Shown here piece by piece: positions 37,228 to 64,000 of a stretch of DNA of 64,000 nucleotides. The stretch comes from Amoebidium appalachense (Eukaryota > Protista > Ichthyosporea), in the NCBI GenBank assembly GCA_963693365.1, contig CAVNZM010000013.1, forward strand, positions 2,942,722-3,006,721, in the 5' to 3' direction. The notes under the pieces are model-generated. The model was not told where the DNA came from. It saw nothing but the letters and a program-made list of their open reading frames with translations, and searched no databases. Made by a program: the position numbers and the translations under genes. Numbering within the stretch: position 1 is the first letter of the stretch; each line of letters starts with the position of its first letter.

Positions 37228-38419
37228 TGTGTGGGGCATAGGAAAGAGATGGGGAGGGGGGGGAAGAGGGGGGTTAAGGAGACTTAGGGGATGGTTTGCC
37301 GGCAATGTGATCGGGGGATCCAATCGATCGGAATCGATCAACTTCCAGTCTGTGAGCCGGCTAAATTGTCACTTACGGGGCTTTTGATTACAGGTTGTCT
37401 AAGTTTCGACGCTAGATCCAGAGAGAATGACCGCATCAATTTGCCCTGACAATAAAATCCTACTAATAATGCGGGGGGTGAGTGATTACATAACAAAATT
37501 TTCATTACAGCCCCTCGTAAGGCCTTATAATACCCTCTCCATAATTGCTTATGCTAAGCAAAAGATGGGTGCCTCAACCGAGGCCTACCCCTCCCCCGGA
37601 CAAAATTTTTATTAGGTAAATACCCCCCACTTTCTAAGTGAAATTTCATTTTCTCCCAAACTTTATGTGGTCAATCGTCCAGGATCTAAGCGGGGTTTAA
37701 AGTGCAAATTGAACTTTCGGACAGTTCGGCATCAATTGATCGACTGGATCAATTATGGAATTTGGTCGATCTCGATCCGTTGCGCACCCCCAATTTCTAG
37801 CTAAAATCCATCCCCTGAGTCTTCTTCAAGGTGGGTAAACAGGGAGACACACACCTTAGGGCGTTTGGCGGAATTTTCATCGGGTGGGGGTCCATGCATA
37901 TGGTAAAGAGTTTTTGTGGGGTCCCTGGCGCCCTCCGGCTCCTCAGAAACATGCTCGTTCGTTGGTAATTTTCCCGAATTTTCCTCTTGGACATCAGAGT
38001 CTTCGGGGTTTCCAGCCCGTCGTTTGTGCCGGCGAACTTCGGCTGAATCCCCCTCACCAATGGAATCCCCAATCGAACCATGTCGTCTTTTTCGGGTGCG
38101 GGCCCCCCTGTGCGTATGCCCGTTTCCGGGATTTTCCTTTGCGGCCTCCGTATTTATCGAATTTAACGAATTTAACGGGTCTGTGTGATTGGTGGGTTCT
38201 GCGGCCGTTGATTGGTTTGGACCTGTTTCCGGTTGTTGCGCGGAGGTGGGCACTAGATCTTGATTGGTTAATCCGGTGACGGCGGCGATTTCGGAACCCG
38301 ATTTGGGGTTTTTAAGCTGGGGTGGGGGGAGGTTGGACCGCTTCCCGAACCAGGTGACGGGGTTCTAAATCGTCGTCACCTGGGAGTTTTTTTTTTAACC
38401 AGTGTGTGTGCGTGTGTGC

Positions 38420-38484
<65 letters not shown>

Positions 38485-39095
38485 CGCTCGCGCATGTGCA
38501 GGCAATATGGGAGGGAGGGAAGAGAAAGGCAGGGAAATTAGAATCGTGAAATAGTAGCGAGTCAACAGAGTGCACACATGGAACACGATCTAATTTATTT
38601 GACGTGGTAGTGGTAGTTGGGGGGGAGGGGGGGGGGGGGGGGGGTTTGAATGCGTCAAAAAGTACGAAGTACACAAGAACAAACGGATAACACGATGCAG
38701 AATGCAAGCCATACATAAAGAGTATGCATAATAAGCAGAGCCCATCCTCAGGGGGGGCCCACGTCATCCACAGTACCCGAGTTTCGACCTATTCCCCTCG
38801 TTAACGAAACCCAACTCAGATACTGTTTCACTTGAACATGAGTAGGTCACCCGTCTTGATCAGAGACGAGCAGGGTTGCTTATGCAGGCAAGGGCAGTGG
38901 GAAAGGCCGGGGGGGGGGGGCAGGGGAATAGTTTGTGTTTGGGGGGGCTGAGGGAAAGGCCGGGGGGGGGGGGGGGGGGGGAGGATAGTTTGTGTCACAG
39001 AGCACGAAAAAACACACTCATGGCGGACCTATGATACTACAGATCTCTGCAAGGCACACAGAAAGTGTATGCATCATAAGTACAGGGAGTGTGTT

Positions 39096-39129
<34 letters not shown>

Positions 39130-41363
39130 AGTGTGTGAGGGGGGGGGGGGGGGGAGGGGGGGGAGGAAGGGGGGGTTGCCCGAACAAGAGAACACACACT
39201 TTCTAATCTTTTGGTGCCGTTTAGCCTACCAAATATCGGAACCCCCCCCCCCCCCCAGGAAAAAAGGGCGAGAGAAAAGACCCCCCCTTCCTCCCCCCCG
39301 CTTTCCCCCCCCCCCCTCCCCACCCCCCGCCATTCTTCTCTCCCCTCTCTCCCCAGCCCCCCTCCCCCCCCCAAAGAAACCCCCAAAGAAATAACGCCCA
39401 CCATGGCCCACTTACCTTCCTGATGCTTTGGTGCCTCGACAGTAAACTGGAACCTAGTCCCCGTCTCCAATGGCTGCACGTCAATGTTTGTGTTCATCAG
39501 CAGGCACAGCCGCTGGCACAGGTACAGACTTAACCCACTGCCGCTAGATCGCGCACGTGCGGGGTCCATGAGCGCCTTTTGGGGTTTAAACATGAGCTGT
39601 AGGTCCGATTGCGGAATTCCTGCGTGTGGAAAATTGCGGGGAAAATACCGGTAAAGTCAGTGCTACGAAAGTTAACCGCACAGTATGCAATTCTCTGTCA
39701 GGGTTACTTTGAACTGAATGCCTCCCCCTTCCACCCTTCCACTCCCCCCCCCCCCCCCCCCTCCCCCCCCCCCCCCAAAAAAAAAAAGAAAAAAAAAAGA
39801 GAAGATGATCAACACCATATATATATGCAAAACCAATCATTGTGCTCGGTGGCGAGGTGATCGGTGGGATCATTGGTCGGCTTCATACTGATGTAATAAT
39901 GCCGGCTTACACAAAATATTTTCTAGTAAAGTAAAATAAACCGAAGATTGTTTGCATTGAGCCCCACACTACAAAAAACGAAAGCCCGGAATCCCGTCAG
40001 AGTCTCTATCTTTGACTTGCCACAACACCGTGCCCCCCCCCCTCCCCTTTCCCCCTCTCTACCCTCTTTCTTTCTCTCTCTCTTTCTCTCCTACGCAGTG
40101 GGTCTGTAACCCCCCCCCCCCCCCCCCCAAAAAAAAAAAAAAAAAAAAAAAAAAAACATGCACACACAACACCCCCCCTCCCACGTTGCCTCAAAGTGAC
40201 GCGTTCTTAGCGGCCTCGGTTGGCCCCACGATTAGTCGATCGAAGAAGTCACTGCATTCCATTAGAAATGAGACATAAAGCTTCCTGATTATTAACCAAT
40301 CAAATCAAGCTTTAATGATTGAATACGATGAGTCACATGACCCATTAGAGGTCACAAACCAGGCAGTTTAAAGCCTATCTCTGTGATGAAGCAGAGAAAC
40401 AACAACAAAACAAACAAAAAAAAATCACAACGTGCTGTTTTATTATGTTTAAGTTGATTTGAATTATCAAAAAGCTTACATAAACATCCATACATCCGGT
40501 TTTTCCAAAAATCTACAGCCAATCAGAGAACAAATGTGCACTTTGTGTCAGAGCTGTTGATCATGGTAGTGCACTCATAATGATCTGGCTCGACCAATCA
40601 TTTACAAGGGCAAAAGCCCTCTTTTGCCTATGTTTTTGAAAGGCGAATTAAAAGGTAACTTTACTTCATTCGAGTTTTTGTGACTTGCAGAACCAATGAA
40701 AAGGTCCCGTAAAAAATACAATACATTTTAAATAGAAACAAGTCACTCCTGTAAAACAGTTTTTTTTGATTTCGCTATCCTTTATAGTTAGTTATTTTTT
40801 TTCATGCTGAGAATGTATAAATCCTCAATGTGTGTTTTTTTCAAAGTGGAAAAACTCTATATTGGTATTAGAAAAATGCAAAAACCAATTCACTGAAAAT
40901 ATCAAATATATATATATAATGGTTTTTGAACCATAACATAAAGTCTTTTTGTAACACATTAGGTCAGGAAATGGAATTGAATACACCCGCTTTGACAACG
41001 GGATCCGGGATCACATGACCGGGCACTAAGATCGGCTCACAGATAGGCGTCGTGTCCCCCCTCCCTTCTCAGCCCCTCAGGCTTTCCCTGCAAACCAGTC
41101 TCCGGGGCTCTGAAAACAACTTGAAGGTTCTAGCCTTTGCGGCCCCTTTCTTCAGCTAGACCCTTCTCTCCCGGTCTATCCCCCCCCCCCCCCCTCCCCT
41201 CCCTCCCCCCCCTCGGGGGAAAAAAAAAGAGAAACCCATTAAAAAAAATTTAAAATTGGAGACCAAAGGAAAATGTCTTCCCCCGCATCGCATAATCCCC
41301 CCCCCCCCCCCCCCCCCCCCCCCCCTTCCCCCAAAGCACCCAAAAACCTCTCCCCCTAGGGGG

Positions 41364-41399
<36 letters not shown>

Positions 41400-41406
41400 T
41401 GCAAAG

Positions 41407-41487
<81 letters not shown>

Positions 41488-41728
41488 TTCCCCGTGTCGT
41501 CGACCTGAAAAGTCAGCGAGCACGTGTCCTCACACTCCGTCTGGCAGTGCACACGCACGGATATTCCGCCCGTTTCCGTGTATTTTGCTGCATTGTGCGC
41601 GAGAATTCGTAGCACCTGCTTCACCACCACGGGATCTAGAACAACACGTTCCGGAACTAGAGCGTCGACATCGAAAATGACGAAAAGGTGCACCGGGACC
41701 GCCACGGCAAATATCCCAAACACCTGCA

Positions 41729-41776
<48 letters not shown>

Positions 41777-43539
41777 GTACGTGAGATCCAGTGGAGTGTG
41801 CACGTAGGAGGAAGAGTGGTTGGATTCGGGTAAGTTCTGGACGTTAAGAATTAGCAAGACAGAATTGAGTACACAGAGACCAAAAATGACACGGAGAACG
41901 GTTCATAAGAAAAGTGCCGGAAGAGTACGTAAAGGGAGGGGGGGGGGGGGGGAACCCAAGCAGTATACTTGTGTGTGTGTATGTGTGTGTGTGTTGTGTG
42001 TGATTTAAATTGAAGGGGGGAGAAGGGGGGGGGGGGGGGGGGGGGGGGTGATGTATGCGTTGGAGGGTTGGAAATATGGAGGAGACAACAACGAGCATTA
42101 ACAAAACGTCACAAAATGGGAAATCCAAAATCAAGGAGGGAGAGGGAGAGGGAGAGGGAAAGGGAGCGAGAGAGAGAGATGCAGCGAAAGAGAGAGAGGG
42201 AGACACACAGAGAAAGGTAGGGAGACTCTGGGCGGGTAGGGAGGGAGGGCGGGGAGGGAGGGAGAGAGAGAAAGAGAGATAGAGATAGACTCAGAGAGAG
42301 ACACACACACACAGAGAGAGAGAAACTTTGAGAGCGAGACAGACAGACAGACAGAGGCAGAGAGAAAGAGAGCGAAACTTTTTGGCAAAACGACGAAGGG
42401 GAGGAGGGGAGGGAGGGACGGACCCAGGGAGTCGGAGGAGGGAGCCAGAAAGGCTTAGAGAGAGACATGATTAAGCGGAGTATCTATGAGCGATTAAGAA
42501 GCTTTCACGACAAACGACACTTACCGGCCAACGACGGTCCCAGGTCAGTAAACTGCTCCCCCCCCCCCCCCCCCCCTTCCTCCCTCCCCCCCCCCCCCTC
42601 CCCCCCCTCCCCGGCCCTCTTCTCTCTCCCTCTCCCCCTCCCCCCCTCGATCCCTTCTTGCTTGACAACCGGCATAAAGCTGTGACAGTTCAGGTGGCAT
42701 AAGGTGTAACCCCAACTTGCAAATACTTTCAAAACTGCCCCCCCCCCCCCCCCCCCCTGGGGGCTCTCTTTTCCAGATATCTGATGGTACACCCCAGCAC
42801 CCACCTGCTCAACCAGCCCACGCGTCCACGTATTCCGCACCTGCAGCTGATTAAACGAATGTTCCATCGTTGACAGATGCAACAGATCATCCGAAACCGC
42901 CTGGAGCAGTTTAACACACGAAGATACATCAGCAACCGTTTCCTTTGACACCTGTCCACCTCCTGCTGGCAAGCTTGTCTCCACCAAAGTTACCAGGGCA
43001 GCAAGGGGATTACCGATTTCATGACACACAAATTCGACCATGTCAAGACGTGCTTGTCGTTCCATTTTCGCATTTCTCTCCGTCTCATATCCTTGGTCGA
43101 GGTATCTCGGGGAAGAGAAGGTGAAGGAATCGGCGGATGGAGAGTATGTTTCGTCTCCCACCCTGGATGAAGACTCGATAAACGCCAGAATCCCCTTGGT
43201 GCTCCCTTCCAAATCGAGAACGTAGTTCCAACGAAACGTCATCTGGAAAAGCTCCCCTTTCGCCGTGCGCACAATCTCCGTAAACGGAGTAGGAGCGGGC
43301 TTATGTTCTACCAGAAACTTGAAATACGAAATGGTGTCCTGTTTTCTCTGTTCGCGTATATCCGGGGGGTAGAATTCCCACACGTACCTGCCTCGAAGGG
43401 TGGTTCGATCTATGCCGTAAAGGTCGCAATAGGATGAATTAGCATAACTGATCTTGCCACTGAAGTCGAAGATTTGAATAGGGATGGAGAGGGTGTTTAG
43501 GAGCCACTCCACAACGTCCCCTCGAAGGTTGCGCGGCAT
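35641..43539 (-). CDS. Hybrid sensor histidine kinase PAS-HisKA-HATPase_c-REC (6 exons)
   Basis: Exons ~43539-42805 (PAS, H-box CHEIGNPL), 41723-41486 (N-box NAAKYT, G1 DDTGKG), 39619-39416 (F box, G2 GSGLSL), 38379-37855 (linker, needs -1 in the G6 run at 38324-38329), 36650-36457 (VLVVEDN…[11 protein letters not shown]) and 35809-35641 (VTAN…LPKP). Confidence 0.92.
38645..38912 (-). mobile_element. Poly-C-anchored SINE-like repeat, subfamily 2, long copy in a histidine kinase intron
   Basis: Matches the copy at 30480, including the 28 bp distal extension. Confidence 0.85.
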
Positions 43540-45897
43540 TTTTTCCTGGTGCTGTTGAACAAGACAAACCAAAGGGTCTTCAAATGCATATGCCTTCTAA
43601 ACAGCCTCAGTACAGTAGGCTAGAGAGAACGTCTCTGACTCACTCAGTGCAGTAAAGTGCAAGGCTTAGCCTGACAGTTATGTAACTGACACCAGCAAGA
43701 TGCGTGACATTGCAGGCTCCATCATCATGCCACTAATGGTAGGTAGGCCCTTTAAAATTTGCAAAGTGTTTGCTAAAACCCAAGCGTGGCCTCAGAACGT
43801 ATCAGAGAGACTAATAATGAAAGAGGCTAGCAAGAGGCTACCAGAACTCAGGTTCAGTGATTGATGTGAATGAAACGAAATCTCTCTTGATACAGGCCCC
43901 TCGCGGATTCTCAGTCAAAGATTCAGTACTAGCCTATGCAGTACACATTCTCAGCAGGCTACGCTTTCTAGGAACACGACTTCCGCCCCACTAATGAGAA
44001 ACCTGTTCCATGAGCAAGTACACGAAGGTTTCCTGAACCTAGAAGGTGAAGGAGGCTTCTAGGAAACGGCGTACAGCACCGTCCTGTGCAGACCTAGCAT
44101 TCAAATCAAATACTTGAAAAATAAGTTATCTAATGTCGAGAGAATAAGAAGCGATGTTGCCCACGTCTTGTGTATGGGTGCACAATGCGAACCATAGGGC
44201 ATTTCGGCGTTTCCAAATAATTAAGTGTGTTGTTATTGTGTGTTTTGTATGAGTACATAATGTTTTAGCACTGAGGCGCGCCTGATTACTTGGAGCAGTC
44301 TAGTTGTCTATCTGTAGCGTATGCGTATCCAGCGCAGCAAACGTTGGTGGAGATGTTTACGAGATACATTTACATCTAAAGTTGCCGTGGGTTCCACGCG
44401 CACTATCGATTGATGGCATCATCCGCACGTGTGGTTCAGAAAAACAAAAGCAAAAACATTATTTCTACTCATTGGAAACAGTGGACCAAAAAACAAAATC
44501 AAATATAGCCAACAGCTGCATAAAAATATTATATGCGTATCTAAGCAAATAATATGCCACATATTTCACGTGCTGTCACTGCTGTAACGGCACATTCCTT
44601 TGCCAGCTCACAAGCACGTGCACCCATGAAATTATTCAATGGGCCGAAGGTCTTGTGCTCCTCCTAAGAATCTCCTGCGCTTGAAAAGGCGCCTGGAAGC
44701 AGTTATAATTTTTTGACAATTAATTTACTCATATGTAGATCAAAAAAAGCGACATAAAGTATCGTTATAGCAACAGTATGGTTTAATTTACTGTACATGT
44801 ATAGTACATTTGACAGTGATTTATCCGCCAGCACCGGCCGAGCGCGCGCATAAAAAATTTGGCGCATGCCTGGGTATAACAAAAATTTCGAGATATAATT
44901 ACAGAGGACTTATTGCCTCTTTATTTTTATTTCTTTCCCCTCACCCCCATAATATTGTCTCTTCGGATTATATCTCCTGTCATGATTATTCCGAGAATTG
45001 GCCCACAATTTGGCAACTTGCAATTGAGCCTGCAGTGCAGGGTCACGCACCAGGTTGTGAGGCACGTGGGGACGACTCACGAGTCACAGGGCTCACGGTC
45101 CACGGCTGGCGCCTCTCGAGCTCGAGATCTACAGCAGGGCAGCCCCAGTCCGGTCATGGCCCTGTGTTTCTCATAACAAAGCCTACAAAGAAGCATGTTT
45201 TTTTCCTTATAGAAGCACAATGACAGTCAAATACTATGACAATGAACAAATAGGGGCTTTTTATTTATTTTTGACATGCACAAGAACAAATTCCTGAATA
45301 GTTTATGCATACGCACGTGCTTCAGGCCACGGGTGGCACGGGCCGGCCCGATCCTGGAGGGAAGTTCGGAATCCTTCGGATCGTCGCGTCGGGCCAGTCG
45401 GGCTGGAGGAGTCGCGTGCGCCGATGCCCAGTAATTTTGCGCAAACGTTACGCAAACAGGATTACGGTTTTCCAAACTTTGATCAAAGGTCAGATAACCC
45501 ATATATAGAAAGTGCATTTGGCGGGCTGCAGTTGGGTGCATCTGGATCGATATCGGCGATCGCGTTTCGTTCAGCCAAGTCAAACGAACCTGTGACGAAA
45601 ACTGGGAATTCCGAGTCAACGATAACTGATGTCTTTACAGTCTTTACATTTCTTTCAAATTTTTGCTCTCTGTTTTTAAGTTACATTCACTGGAAAGAAA
45701 CAAGTCGGTGGCTTCACGGGCGCAGTTAGAGCGAACTTTTTCATAGCACCCAAAAACCTTCCATCCGATAGCATCGTATCCTTTGGGGTACTGAGCCAGC
45801 CGTTCAAAGTTTGCTTCTCAGAAACTCTGCTCGTCATTATCATTGTCGCAAGATCAATGGTGTTAATTGGTTGGTCTGAAAAAGCATAACAGCGAAG

Positions 45898-62257
<16,360 letters not shown>

Positions 62258-62263
62258 GTACTG

Positions 62264-62350
<87 letters not shown>

Positions 62351-62608
62351 AAAAAAAAAAAAAAGAAAAAAGAAAATAGCAATATTAAGACAGGCAAGCC
62401 CAGCCCAATGAAACCTACAGCTGCAATCCCAACTCAGCTCCGCCCTCTCCCCCGCCCCTCCCCCCTCCCCCTCCCCTCCTTTTCGATACGTCCGTTTATC
62501 TTATTGCATTGCTCTCCCCCCCACATTTTGCATTCTGTCTTTTGATGCCTCCACTATCATGATTCCAACCTGCAGATACATAATCCCCCTTCCCCTCCCC
62601 CTCTCCAC

Positions 62609-62751
<143 letters not shown>

Positions 62752-63283
62752 GCTTTCCGTACTCTCTCCACCGTGTTCTTCGTTTCTTCCCTCTGCACTT
62801 ATTCAAAGTCTTATCAAGTCCGGCGTTGGCATTTCATCAGCATTACTTCACTTATTACCACCCATCCACGTTCAACTTAATTTAGCTGTAGTTTACACTT
62901 AGACGATGGCTGGAATTAAAGGCTATTTTTGCCTATTTATGGGTCGATCTTCCTTTTTAACGAATAGCCAGATTTTCATAATGAAGCATTTGCCGGGAAC
63001 TTATGGCTAATCATGGGATGCGGTTTTCCTGCAGGGGCTGTTAAGAACGCTTAAAGAGACGGAACTCCACACGGACTACACCGCATGTACTGTTAAAGAA
63101 AGGAGGGTGTGTTTTGTGTTTTTCCGTTTGTTAGAAACCGTTTTTTTCTTCTGCTTGTGTTTTGTAAGAATACGTGATAGGGTTTGTTGCTGTTGTGTAA
63201 GTACTTGTAGCACGTATAGCTTTCTGTAATGTTCTCATGGTTTTTCTATGCAAACATAGCCCCTCCCCCCCCTTTTTTTCCTC

Positions 63284-63401
<118 letters not shown>

Positions 63402-63486
63402 CGCGCGTGTGTGCTTGTGGGTGTGCGTGTGCGTGCGCACGTGTGCTTGTGGGTGTGCGTGTGCCTGGGTGCGTGTGCGTATGCAT

Positions 63487-63603
<117 letters not shown>

Positions 63604-64000
63604 GGGGGAGGGGGGGGGGGGGGGGGATATGGTCCGGGTACCTCACATGTAAGTTGACCTGCCGTGACATATGTTTGCTGCCGAATCGGCTACAGCTTTA
63701 TCTTTTAATTGTTTCTTGCACTTGTTGCTTTGCTTCCGCAGCATTCAAAGTTCCATTTTATGGTGGACTAAGTCTTGACTATTCACGGTTGTGTTCAGCT
63801 TAGATAGAATATTCCCAGCCAAGTATAAAATTTATGGTTATTATTGCTGGTTAGCGAACCAGTGTATTCACACAAGATATAGCTTGTTTTTAATAGCAGT
63901 ATCAAGGCTTTGTGAACATATATATCTGGTTAGTATTATCAAAACAAATGAACTATCCGTTTTAGGTTTTTTTCTGCCAACGGTTAGTGTCGTCCAACCA

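Noticed and set aside
37280-37795. hAT-like MITE suggested by GATC-rich ends in a kinase intron
   Set aside because: I could not define matching TIRs or an 8-bp TSD.

Overview
Eukaryotic genomic DNA with spliceosomal introns full of (CA)n/(GT)n and poly-C/G tracts. A hybrid histidine kinase together with a beta-arrestin-like gene suggests a non-animal lineage such as a unicellular holozoan (inference). Bases 1-12.6 kb are a transposon nest. An APE-type LINE (minus strand) is interrupted by a Ngaro-type tyrosine-recombinase retrotransposon, a decayed Ty3/Gypsy element with near-identical LTRs, and a solo Ngaro A-B repeat, with a copia-type TRIM next to it. Then come a disrupted secreted EGF plus 18x pacifastin-like repeat gene hit by a solo LTR, a 5'-truncated LINE, and two orphan ORFs (one pseudokinase-like). 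The rest holds a 3-exon mitochondrial ATP synthase subunit g gene, a 6-exon PAS-HisKA-HATPase-REC hybrid histidine kinase, and a divergently transcribed multi-exon beta-arrestin-like gene with a PY-motif tail. The most unusual signal is a ~250 bp structured-RNA repeat present in 9 copies. Every uninterrupted copy ends in GCATTC(AAA) at a poly-C tract, partial copies are 5'-truncated, stems are conserved with strand-specific G-U pairs, and all copies lie sense to the host gene. All calls are by eye; no searches were run.
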